Source: Candidatus Limnocylindrales bacterium
GTDB lineage: Bacteria > Moduliflexota > Moduliflexia > Moduliflexales > JAUQPW01
Assembly: GCA_035559535.1 (NCBI GenBank)
Contig: DATMBG010000004.1
Span: forward strand, 1 to 64,000
Direction of reading: 5' to 3'
DNA: 64,000 nucleotides
This document shows positions 46,865-55,413 of this stretch, piece after piece (within the stretch, counting starts at the first letter, position 1; each line of letters starts with the position of its first letter). Below the pieces are notes generated by a model. It was not told the origin of the DNA. It saw only the letters and a program-made list of their open reading frames with translations, and did not search any database. The position numbers and the translations under genes were made by a program.

Positions 46865-47353
46865 GTGAAAAAACATCTCTTAGCTGCCAACAATTTCTTT
46901 CTCGGGGTTACCAACTTCCTCATCTTACCTCTACCTGATTCCTGGCAATTGGTAGATATCCTGACCCCCCCGGATGTGGACGCCAGTTTTACCTCTCAAA
47001 ATATTTCCTGGGTTACCTCGGGAAGTGTTAACTATCTTCTGGCAGATCCCCAGCGATCTTTAAGTCTGGAGCTTCTTCTACAGATCAAAAAAGGAAATAC
47101 ACAACGGTTTAAGCCGGTTCTGAAACCTATTGAATCTCAAGGTATCCTATGGATTGGTAAACATGCTGCCACCCAAACCTTTGGAAAAATTACCCGGGGG
47201 GTCTTTAAAAAAAGATGGGAAGAGGGACTTCAGATTCTCCTTCCCTGTGAGGTACTTCAGAGGACCCTCTGTTTAACCTTTACCGGAAATTGTTCCCGCG
47301 AGGTCTTACAAGAAATCTTGAAGGTTATCCCCTACGCCCAATGCCATACCTGA
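46865..47353 (+). CDS. Hypothetical protein, last gene of the cstA-ATPase operon
   Basis: 162-aa ORF with GTG start; co-oriented and close to the ATPase gene; ends QCHT. Confidence 0.65.
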   Translation: MKKHLLAANNFFLGVTNFLILPLPDSWQLVDILTPPDVDASFTSQNISWVTSGSVNYLLADPQRSLSLELLLQIKKGNTQRFKPVLKPIESQGILWIGKHAATQTFGKITRGVFKKRWEEGLQILLPCEVLQRTLCLTFTGNCSREVLQEILKVIPYAQCHT

Positions 47354-47404
47354 TCTCCCTTTGTGAGGAAGAAGAGCCCAACCAATTTATTTTTTTTCCT
47401 TTCC

Positions 47405-48052
47405 TTATTCCTGCACCAGCCTTCCAAGCTCCTTTAGAAAACTAAAGAAATCTTCGGCTTTCTTCTTTTTCAATTCAGAAAGAGAAAAGCTTGCCAGCAG
47501 GTGGGGAAAGTTCTTTCGGATAGAAAAACGGAGAAGATGAGAAAACCAGGGTTGAAAGATTGAAGAAAGTCTATGAAGCCGTTCCTGGTGACTCCCCTGC
47601 TGGAAGGCTAATAGGAAAGAAGTATTTTCCAATTCTTGAGAGATCCAGTTTTCCTGGATTACGGTTTGTAGAGCTTCTTTTCCGATTCGATTTTGGGGAT
47701 CAAAAACTTCAAATTCTAAATCCGGTTCCCTGAGAAGGTTTCCTCGAATACTGAGTAAGCCCTTTCGCCCCATCAACCGATGAAAGAGCCAGGCCAACAA
47801 CATACTCCTTGGTTCCAGGATCACCATAAGGGCCATACCTTTAAAAGGGGGAAGAGGCTTTTCTACCACAATTTGAAAACCGGAAATACTTAACCAGCGG
47901 ACCGATATTCCCTCACCGACACTATCCAAACCTCCCTGAATCCATCGGACAATTTGATGACTTTGCCTTTGGTTTAAATAGGATCCAATAAAGTACCAGA
48001 TTAAAAACAGAAAAGATAAATATACAACGACCTGGAAAGCAACGCTATTCAT
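47405..48052 (-). CDS. Hypothetical single-pass membrane protein
   Basis: N-terminal TM helix then a soluble domain; 215 aa. Confidence 0.75.
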   Translation of the reverse strand: MNSVAFQVVVYLSFLFLIWYFIGSYLNQRQSHQIVRWIQGGLDSVGEGISVRWLSISGFQIVVEKPLPPFKGMALMVILEPRSMLLAWLFHRLMGRKGLLSIRGNLLREPDLEFEVFDPQNRIGKEALQTVIQENWISQELENTSFLLAFQQGSHQERLHRLSSIFQPWFSHLLRFSIRKNFPHLLASFSLSELKKKKAEDFFSFLKELGRLVQE

Positions 48053-48064
48053 GAGGATTTTATC

Positions 48065-48334
48065 TTAATGGACCTCTGGAACGAATTCGGTAACATCCCT
48101 TTCTCGAAGCTGATTTTGTTTCCACTTTTTCAATTTTGGAAATAAATAGGGTAATAACCGAAGCGTCACCGTGGAATTCATAAGGGGAATCCCTAGCAAT
48201 TCCCCCAGAAGAACAATATTCATGACCTCTTCATATTTAACTTTTTCTTCAAGAGTGATCCGATAGAGATCAAAGATAAAAAGACCCCAGAAGAAATCTT
48301 TGAAGTTTTTCCACCACTTTTTGACCCACTGCAT
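48065..48334 (-). CDS. Small CstA/ArsA-associated protein (copy 2)
   Basis: VLLGELLGIP...TLRLLPYL....WK...RERD matches 44244-44552; ATG 48334 behind AAGGAG. Confidence 0.75.
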   Translation of the reverse strand: MQWVKKWWKNFKDFFWGLFIFDLYRITLEEKVKYEEVMNIVLLGELLGIPLMNSTVTLRLLPYLFPKLKKWKQNQLRERDVTEFVPEVH

Positions 48335-48350
48335 TTCTTCGCTCCTTGTA

Positions 48351-48731
48351 TCACACCTTCCCCATAGCCAGTTCTTCCTGAACGGCATATTTAAGGGTTG
48401 GATAATCAAAGGGCTCTTTGAGTATTCGTTTGTTATCAATGATAACGGCCAGATCTCCTCCTAATCGATACTTTAAAGTAAGCCAGAAGCCCCGCAGTGA
48501 AATGGACCCCGTTACCAGAGGCTTAACCCCTTCACCAAAGTCACGGAGAAGTTGATGGTATAGGGCCGCGACCTTTTCCTGGTTTTTTATAACTTCCGGT
48601 GGGTAATCCTGGAGTTGATCCAGGTCGGTATTGATACCGCAGGCTTTAAAGTAGTCGGTGGAACAACAATGGGCAGTTGTGCGATAAAAGGTTGGAAGTA
48701 GCCCAACGAATTCAACCTGGATTGGATACAT
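48351..48731 (-). CDS. Hypothetical protein with vicinal CC, possibly thioredoxin-like fold
   Basis: 126 aa; RBS AGGGAGG; HCCS motif, C-terminal AVIIDNK beta-strand. Confidence 0.7.
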   Translation of the reverse strand: MYPIQVEFVGLLPTFYRTTAHCCSTDYFKACGINTDLDQLQDYPPEVIKNQEKVAALYHQLLRDFGEGVKPLVTGSISLRGFWLTLKYRLGGDLAVIIDNKRILKEPFDYPTLKYAVQEELAMGKV

Positions 48732-48781
48732 ATGCTAACCTCCCTGGGTTTAAAAAAACTTTGAAAGGTTTTTTTCTGATA

Positions 48782-48810
48782 AAACTACTTGATCCCTCTG
48801 AGGGAGTCAA
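48782..48810 (-). promoter_or_regulatory. Putative sigma-70 promoter of the 48731-47405 operon with a palindromic spacer
   Basis: Minus strand TTGACT-17 nt-TAGTTT; the spacer contains CCCTC-A-GAGGG. Confidence 0.45.
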
Positions 48811-48836
48811 TAGGATAAATATTTAGATTTACCGGC

Positions 48837-49616
48837 CTATCCCCGGGTCCAAAATCCGGTCGGATCATAGGCCCGGATAAAATTCAATTCTTCCCGGGTC
48901 GGGGGTGGAGTTTCCTTCAGATCGGAAGCCACCTTAAGGTCCCATCCGGTGTTAGCTAAAATTTCTTCCACCGGGATACCCGGATGGTTGGAAGCCAGGT
49001 ACATTTCTTTGGTAACCGGATCGAATCTAAGAATCCCTCGGGTCGTGATGACCGCCCCGGGGCCTCCCCGGGGTAGTCCGACGGTTTCTCGCCAGTTTCC
49101 TCCCGTTCCATAGCCGGGTGAGGTGATATAATCCACCCGATTTTTGAATCGCCGTTTTTCATGGGGCATGATGATAAGTAAACGTCGGGCTAAGGCGGCA
49201 ATATCGCAAGCTCCCCCACTGCCTGGAAGGCGAGTAAAGTCAGGGTTCGGATGGTCGGAATGGGGTTTACCGCCGATATAAGAAGTATTTAGATTTCCAT
49301 ATTTATCTATTTCGGCCCCTCCTATAAATCCCGCATCGACCCAACCCCGTTGCATCATACCCATGAGATCCAATGTACTCCCACACTGTATGGCTCCTAA
49401 AATATTAGGAGAATCTCCCATGGTATACAAGACTTCCTGAGCCGGTGTATCTCGAATAATCCCGCTCTCGAAAAACCCTATGGCCCGCGGAGCATGGGTT
49501 TTTTTAGCCAGGGCAAAGGCTAACAGGGGAAGCCTTGTACCCACAAAAATAATCTCTCCATCTCTAATCTCCCGGGCGGCTGCCGCAACCATAAGTTCTG
49601 GTAAAGTATAATTCAT
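48837..49616 (-). CDS. Family I CoA-transferase beta subunit (glutaconate CoA-transferase GctB-like)
   Basis: ELMVAAAAREI, FFESG, GGAEIDKYGNLN, RLPGSGGA, VDYITSPG; start moved to ATG 49616. Confidence 0.9.
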   Translation of the reverse strand: MNYTLPELMVAAAAREIRDGEIIFVGTRLPLLAFALAKKTHAPRAIGFFESGIIRDTPAQEVLYTMGDSPNILGAIQCGSTLDLMGMMQRGWVDAGFIGGAEIDKYGNLNTSYIGGKPHSDHPNPDFTRLPGSGGACDIAALARRLLIIMPHEKRRFKNRVDYITSPGYGTGGNWRETVGLPRGGPGAVITTRGILRFDPVTKEMYLASNHPGIPVEEILANTGWDLKVASDLKETPPPTREELNFIRAYDPTGFWTRG

Positions 49617-49683
49617 GCATTGTGCCTGAAAATGGAAAATTGCAACCGGCAGATTTAAAGGCTTCAACTTCCCATTTTCAGCT

Positions 49684-49792
49684 CCCCTCTCAATACCCAA
49701 AGTTGGCCGGTGCTGATAAGCATACTGGATAATTCTGGGTCCTTGAACATACTGACCCCTCTCAATACCCAAAGTTGGCCGGTGCTGATAAG
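49684..49792. repeat. 37-bp perfect direct repeat (49684-49720 and 49756-49792) duplicating the end of the alpha-subunit gene
   Basis: CCCCTCTCAATACCCAAAGTTGGCCGGTGCTGATAAG twice, 35-bp spacer. Confidence 0.9.
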
Positions 49793-50679
49793 GCCTCCTT
49801 TTTAACCTTTAACTCCTGAATACGCTCCTCCCCCAGCAGTTGCAAATAAGAATGTCGGGTTTCTACACCTTTAACCCATCGATTTAACCATTTTTGAAAG
49901 CCTTCCAGGGTTTTAGTTTCTTCATGATAGTCTTTATAGAATCCATGATCCCGATTGTAATAACCCTGTACCGGAGAAGGATGGGCGCCCCAGGGTTCTT
50001 CAACTACAGCCGAGACCAGAAAACCTGGAATGAGAGTACGATTCGGATCGCTTCGGATAATGTCGGGAGACACAATTTCTTCTGTAACTAAAATAAGGGA
50101 TCGGCTGGCCCGGGCTGCATCGCCAGTGATTCCCGTATTTCCCCAAATATGGGCGTTACCCTCCGGGTCGCAACGCTGGACCTGGATGATGGCGATATCG
50201 GGGTGAATGGCCTGAACGGCCAGAAGCTTCTCACCGGTAAAGGGGCAGCCTATTTCCTTCATCCCGGGATGATTTACAGGAAGATCAGATCCCAGAGCCG
50301 TTTTAGTGGGTAGATAAGGGACCCCCAAGGCAGCGGCATGGAGAGCCAGGGCTATGGTAAAATTAGAATGATCCTCCACGTCTATAGGATGAGGAATTCC
50401 TTCTTCAACCGCCCGACGAAAATTATAACCGGATCCCATCATGACATTTCCCACCCAGGCTGCTACAACTTTTCGTACACATCCTGCACCTATCAACAAG
50501 TCGAAGAGAATATCGGAGATAGGTCCGATGAGGGTAAGATCCCTCCGACCCTGGCGGATAATCTCATGTCCTGCTGAAAACGGAATAAGGGATTCCAACG
50601 CCGTTCCCGCAACAATACTCATTCCATCACGGACAAATCGGGCAATAGCCTCTTGCATGGATAAAATTTTACGGTTCAT
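49762..50679 (-). CDS. Family I CoA-transferase alpha subunit (GctA-like)
   Basis: EAIARFVRDG, HEIIRQG, LIGAGCV, CPFTGE, PWGAHPS. Confidence 0.9.
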   Translation of the reverse strand: MNRKILSMQEAIARFVRDGMSIVAGTALESLIPFSAGHEIIRQGRRDLTLIGPISDILFDLLIGAGCVRKVVAAWVGNVMMGSGYNFRRAVEEGIPHPIDVEDHSNFTIALALHAAALGVPYLPTKTALGSDLPVNHPGMKEIGCPFTGEKLLAVQAIHPDIAIIQVQRCDPEGNAHIWGNTGITGDAARASRSLILVTEEIVSPDIIRSDPNRTLIPGFLVSAVVEEPWGAHPSPVQGYYNRDHGFYKDYHEETKTLEGFQKWLNRWVKGVETRHSYLQLLGEERIQELKVKKEALSAPANFGY

Positions 50680-50986
50680 AACTTATCTCTATCTGTTCTT
50701 ATCAAACTCTTTGATTTTCTCTCCTCCTTTTATAAAATAGGTTGACGACCGCATCTCTTTCAGTTTAACTGATGGAGAGGTCAAAAATCAAATACGAAGT
50801 ATGAAAAGAAAAAATTTTTAAAGTCCTGGAACCGATTTGCGTTTTATACGGCTGGTCACTAAACGAATTCGGAATTACTTTAGGTCAGACCCCTTTCCCT
50901 GAGATGAGGTTCCCCGGACTTTTAAGTTATTAAACAAAGTTTAAGGAGAAAACCTCTCTTTTATAAGATTATGGGGGTTGCTATAA

Positions 50987-51141
50987 GTAACTATACCAAT
51001 TTAGTAGGTGTCACTTTTTCTGTCTGAACACCTCCCATCCCCCCTCCAGGGGGGACTGACATAGGGTGGCTGCAGCTGAATCCCCTCTGGAGGGGGGATG
51101 GGAGGTGTTTCTTTTTCCACCTACTAAATGAATACGGATAC
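50987..51141. mobile_element. MITE-like palindromic element (155 bp)
   Basis: Imperfect 24-bp TIRs with perfect core ATTTAGTAGGTG/CACCTACTAAAT; internal GC hairpin; flanking 9-bp direct repeat TTGCTATAA (50978-50986, 51142-51150). Confidence 0.75.
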
Positions 51142-51266
51142 TTGCTATAATTAAAAATTGGCTTTATCCTGGAAGGTTAGATATAAATAAAACTGAAAAT
51201 CTAGACCTCAGGATATAAGACTCTTTAGGATAACCTCGTAACGCTTCTTTTTGAAACCTTTAAGGT

Positions 51267-52274
51267 ATGGAATCAGGTCAGAAATTGGTTCAGGAACTAC
51301 TTAATCTCGCGACAGGAGAAAGGAACAAAGCTGCTTTTGCCTTAGAAGTTGCTCTTTTGCTAAAAAAAGTCGATCCAGCAGAAATAGAGCCGATTGTCAT
51401 TAAACTACTGGAAGATCCGGACAGCTCGGTACGATGGTTTGTAACGCACATCCTCGGGGAGATAAAGACCAGTATGGCTCTGAAGTATCTGGCCAAAATG
51501 TTAAAGGATCCCAGCAAAGAAGTCCGGGCTGAGGCTGCTGAAGTTCTGGAGGAATTACATCCGGAAGAAGTTATACCTGAGCTGGTGGAAGCTCTCCGTG
51601 ATGAAGATTATCTAGTTCGCTCGCGGGTAGCTTCGGCCTTGAAAAGAATAGATCCGGTAAGTGTCCTTCCCCATCTTATAGTCGGATTACATCACGAAGA
51701 CCGATATATTCGACGACAGGTGGTGAGTCTACTGGGTGAGATCAAGCCTCCCGAAGCTGTTCCTTTGCTTATAGAGGCTTTAAAGGATCCAGACCATATT
51801 GTTCGAAGTGCAGCGATTTCTGCTTTGAGCAGCCTGAAGGCCATAGAGAGTCTGGATTATCTTATTGAAGCCTTACAAGATAACAACAGTTGGGTCCAAA
51901 TTGCCGCAGCGAAAGCTTTAGGAGAAATGGGGAATCGTAAGATTGCCGAAAAACTCCAGCCTCTCCTAAAGGCAGAAAGGCCAGAAGTTCGAGAGGCCGC
52001 TTATACAGCCCTCACGGAAATTAACCGGCGAGAAGATAGAAGTTTTGTTCGTAAAATGAAGGTATCGGATCTCCTCAACGATGTAGCGGCCAATATGGGA
52101 GTTACCCCTCAAGTTTTATTAAACCTTACGGCTAAAGGGGATGAAGAGTTTCGAGAAATGGTAAAGGAAATTTTAAAGGTCCTCCCTAAGGAGGACCTTC
52201 ACCAAATCGCCGATAATCCCGGCCTGCATCCTCAGCTTCAACAATTTGTACAAACTTTACTTAAAGAGCCTTGA
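51267..52274 (+). CDS. HEAT/PBS-lyase-like repeat protein
   Basis: Repeated L.D.D..VR..AA.AL units. Confidence 0.88.
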   Translation: MESGQKLVQELLNLATGERNKAAFALEVALLLKKVDPAEIEPIVIKLLEDPDSSVRWFVTHILGEIKTSMALKYLAKMLKDPSKEVRAEAAEVLEELHPEEVIPELVEALRDEDYLVRSRVASALKRIDPVSVLPHLIVGLHHEDRYIRRQVVSLLGEIKPPEAVPLLIEALKDPDHIVRSAAISALSSLKAIESLDYLIEALQDNNSWVQIAAAKALGEMGNRKIAEKLQPLLKAERPEVREAAYTALTEINRREDRSFVRKMKVSDLLNDVAANMGVTPQVLLNLTAKGDEEFREMVKEILKVLPKEDLHQIADNPGLHPQLQQFVQTLLKEP

Positions 52275-52291
52275 GAATAAGGTATTGTTTT

Positions 52292-52732
52292 TTAAAGCTC
52301 TCCACAACAATCTTTAAGCTTTAATCCACTTCCACAGGGGCATAAATCGTTTCTTGTAACACTCTTTCGACTTTTACTAATTTTCCTTAAAAACTCGTTA
52401 AGATCCTTTTCGTCATCATAGATATCTTCATCCTCGCTATATTCTTCGTAATCCTCTCCTTCGGTTTCTTCAGAATCCTCCAGTTGTAGTACCGAGAAAT
52501 GCTCGATGGTCTTTTTTAAATTTCTCGCCAGAAAAACGATGGAAAGTGTTAATCCGGAAAAGCAGGTAATCATTAAAGAGACAATAACTCCCTGGAAAAG
52601 AGAGAGCGAAAAAAGGGTGTGTAATCCGTAACCAACTCCCACGACCCCCAGGGAAACCAGAAGTATACTTGCACAAATAGCTGACCCAATCAACAGTCCC
52701 GGATAAATGAAGGATCTAAAGTCTTTATACAT
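52292..52732 (-). CDS. Membrane protein with acidic linker and C-terminal SEC-C zinc-binding motif
   Basis: Two TM helices, D/E-rich stretch, RNDLCPCGSGLKLKDCC. Confidence 0.82.
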   Translation of the reverse strand: MYKDFRSFIYPGLLIGSAICASILLVSLGVVGVGYGLHTLFSLSLFQGVIVSLMITCFSGLTLSIVFLARNLKKTIEHFSVLQLEDSEETEGEDYEEYSEDEDIYDDEKDLNEFLRKISKSRKSVTRNDLCPCGSGLKLKDCCGEL

Positions 52733-52810
52733 AAATAAAATCTCCTTTTAAAGATCGGTTAATAGCTCAATCAGGTTACTTAAGGTTTCAATCTCCATCC
52801 CCTCACGTGG

Positions 52811-53293
52811 TTAATGTTCCTGAGATCCTGAAGGGGAAGGCTCTGAAGTTCCTTTACTCTCTGGACCGGTAGAGGTTGAACCCCTACTTTCCTGAGAAGT
52901 AGAGGGTTGGGTAACCGGTTTCTCCTCAATAGGAACCGCCTTATTGGAAGGATTTTCCAGAGGCGGCTGCTCCCCTTGAGTACTCGATTGAGGTGGAGTT
53001 GAGGGTTGTTCTGGAGCAGGACTCTGCTGCGTTTGCCGTGCCCTATCAACGATGGAAGAAGCAGATCTGTGGGTCGAAAGCAGGGTGAGTCCAAGGGAAG
53101 TCAACATAAAGACCACAGCCGCTACGGTTGTTACCCGATTTAAAAAATTGGCGGGACCAGCACCACCGAATAAGGTCTGACTGGCTCCACCAAAAGCAGC
53201 TCCGATATCCGCTCCTTTACCTGTTTGTAACAGTACAATAGCTATCAAAATGATACACATCAATACATGAATAATTGTAATAAACGTAATCAT
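52811..53293 (-). CDS. secG: Preprotein translocase subunit SecG with long P/S/Q-rich tail
   Basis: VLLQTGKGADIGAAFGG.SQTLFG, FLNRVT; directly downstream of tpiA. Confidence 0.93.
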   Translation of the reverse strand: MITFITIIHVLMCIILIAIVLLQTGKGADIGAAFGGASQTLFGGAGPANFLNRVTTVAAVVFMLTSLGLTLLSTHRSASSIVDRARQTQQSPAPEQPSTPPQSSTQGEQPPLENPSNKAVPIEEKPVTQPSTSQESRGSTSTGPESKGTSEPSPSGSQEH

Positions 53294-53298
53294 AAAAT

Positions 53299-54057
53299 TT
53301 ATTCCTTAAACTTTACAATTTTGGCGAATGAATTGGCATCCAAACTGGCTCCTCCTACCAAAACCCCATCGATATCTTTTTGACTCATAAGAGATTTAAT
53401 ATTATCCGGCCTTACACTACCACCATATTGAATTCGGATCTCAGAGGCCACCGTTTCATTAAAATTCTTAGCCAGTAAGGAACGTATAAACGCATGAACT
53501 TCATTTGCCTGTTCCGGGGTAGCGGTTTTACCCGTACCAATGGCCCATACCGGCTCATAAGCAATGATAAGCCGTAGAACCTGTGAATGGGTTAATCCAA
53601 CCAACCCCTCTTTTATTTGACGTTCAATAATTTCAAAGGTTTGATTCTTTTCTCGTTCTTCGAGGGTTTCACCTACACAAACAATAGGGATAAGCCCGTG
53701 GTCCAGCGCTGCAAAAATTTTTTTATTAACCGTTGAGTTAGTTTCGCAAAAATAAGTACGACGTTCCGAATGTCCTATAATAACATAACTACATCCTACG
53801 TCTTTTAACATCAAGGCAGAAATTTCCCCGGTGAAGGCGCCACTTTTTTCCCAATGAAGATTTTGTGCACCCAGCTTGATCGGACTGGATTTGATAACGT
53901 CAAATACGACTTTCAATCCGGTAAAAGGGGGGCAAAGAACTACTTCTCTATCATCGGTAAGGTCTGTGAGGTGGTCGACAAGAGCTTTTGCGAGTTCTTC
54001 GGCTTCGGCTGAAGTTTTATGCATTTTCCAATTTCCAGCAATAACAGGTCTTCGCAT
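53299..54057 (-). CDS. tpiA: Triosephosphate isomerase
   Basis: AGNWKM, IGHSERR, AYEPVWAIGTG, YGGSV, LVGGASL. Confidence 0.98.
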   Translation of the reverse strand: MRRPVIAGNWKMHKTSAEAEELAKALVDHLTDLTDDREVVLCPPFTGLKVVFDVIKSSPIKLGAQNLHWEKSGAFTGEISALMLKDVGCSYVIIGHSERRTYFCETNSTVNKKIFAALDHGLIPIVCVGETLEEREKNQTFEIIERQIKEGLVGLTHSQVLRLIIAYEPVWAIGTGKTATPEQANEVHAFIRSLLAKNFNETVASEIRIQYGGSVRPDNIKSLMSQKDIDGVLVGGASLDANSFAKIVKFKE

Positions 54058-54255
54058 GGATTTCCTTGGGGGCTCTCTCCTTATCTTTGTCTTTTTCTTG
54101 TCTTACCACTTACAGTGTATTTGAAAATAAATTAAAAATCAAGAAAAAAATATTCAAAATATTCTGATAGAGATTTTTCTTGCAGGATCCTCCCTTCCCC
54201 GATTAAAATAAAGATAATTGATGTGGAGAAGAACAGATAAGCAGGAGCGTAAGGA

Positions 54256-54462
54256 ATGGGTTTATTTATAACGGTTCATCTTGATAACACCAAATGTCCC
54301 TCGGATTGTAAGAAATGCGTTACGATCTGCCCGGTAGATATCTTTCATATGAAATCGGGTAAAGTTTTCAGTAATGAAATGGCAGAGGATGAGTGTACGC
54401 TGTGTGACCTCTGCCTGGAGGTTTGTCCCATAGATAATATTGAGATTCAAAAGCATTATTAA
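54256..54462 (+). CDS. 2x[4Fe-4S] ferredoxin
   Basis: CPSDCKKCVTICP and CTLCDLCLEVCP; RBS AGGAG/AAGG. Confidence 0.88.
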   Translation: MGLFITVHLDNTKCPSDCKKCVTICPVDIFHMKSGKVFSNEMAEDECTLCDLCLEVCPIDNIEIQKHY

Positions 54463-54600
54463 ACTAAATAAATAAAACGTGACCCCGAAGAACACGAAGT
54501 TATCCCCCTACGAATATAGATAACCACCGGTTCGATGCCTATTTACCCATTTACCTACGGTTACAGCTTTGGGGGCTTCGGGATCGTTGGGGTTAAAGAT

Positions 54601-55413
54601 ATGAATTTACAAAATCCCCTTGCCGACCATTGGGCCCTTATTTTAGGCGCCTCTAGTGGATTTGGAGAAGCTACCAGTTTGGAACTCGCCAGGAACGGGA
54701 TGCATATCTTTGGGGTTCACCTGGATAGAAAAGCGACGTTACCTAATGTGGAGCGGATTATCGGTCAAATTAAAGAAATGGGACGTGAGGCCGTATTCTT
54801 TAATGTAAATGCCGCAGATGCAGAGAAACGCAAAGAGGTCCTTGACCAAATTCAGGAGAAACTCAAGGAAAGTGGAGGATCTGCTACGATTAAAGTTCTC
54901 CTTCATTCCCTGGCGTTTGGAACCCTGAAAGCCTTTATTGCTCCTTCCCCTCAAGATACAGTAACCCAGGCCCAGATGGATATGACCCTGGATGTGATGG
55001 CCCATAGCTTGGTTTACTGGGTTCAGGATTTGATGGCCCGGAAACTTATGACCCAGGGTGGGCGGATTTTTGCCATGACCAGTGCAGGGGGGCATCGGGT
55101 TTGGCGCACCTACGGACCCGTTTCTGCCGCCAAGGCCGCCTTAGAATCTCACATCCGTCAATTGGCTCTGGAGCTGGCTCCTATGGGAATTACGGCTAAT
55201 GCCATCCAGGCAGGGGTTACCGATACACCTGCCTTGCGAAAAATTCCAGGTAACGAAGAAATGATTAAAATCGCCCAGGAGCGAAATCCGGGGGGACGGT
55301 TGACAACCCCTGCTGATGTCGCAGCCGCGATTGCAGTCCTCAGCCAGCCAGGTACCTACTGGATGACCGGAAATGTGATTCGGGTGGATGGGGGGGAGGA
55401 TATTGTCGGCTAG
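54601..55413 (+). CDS. Short-chain dehydrogenase/reductase, FabL/FabI-like enoyl reductase
   Basis: LGASSGFG, YGPVSAAKAALE, ANAIQAG, MTGNVIRVDGG; start moved to ATG 54601. Confidence 0.8.
   Translation: MNLQNPLADHWALILGASSGFGEATSLELARNGMHIFGVHLDRKATLPNVERIIGQIKEMGREAVFFNVNAADAEKRKEVLDQIQEKLKESGGSATIKVLLHSLAFGTLKAFIAPSPQDTVTQAQMDMTLDVMAHSLVYWVQDLMARKLMTQGGRIFAMTSAGGHRVWRTYGPVSAAKAALESHIRQLALELAPMGITANAIQAGVTDTPALRKIPGNEEMIKIAQERNPGGRLTTPADVAAAIAVLSQPGTYWMTGNVIRVDGGEDIVG

Noticed and set aside
49617-49772. N-terminal extension of the CoA-transferase beta ORF
   Set aside because: Spans the duplicated intergenic DNA; family-like sequence starts at MNYTLPEL (49616)
49684-49792. CRISPR array (37-bp repeat, 35-bp spacer)
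   Set aside because: Only two repeats, one is coding sequence of the CoA-transferase gene, and no cas genes are in the window
52733-52810. tRNA-Leu often found after secG
   Set aside because: No cloverleaf or T-loop GTTCRA motif visible
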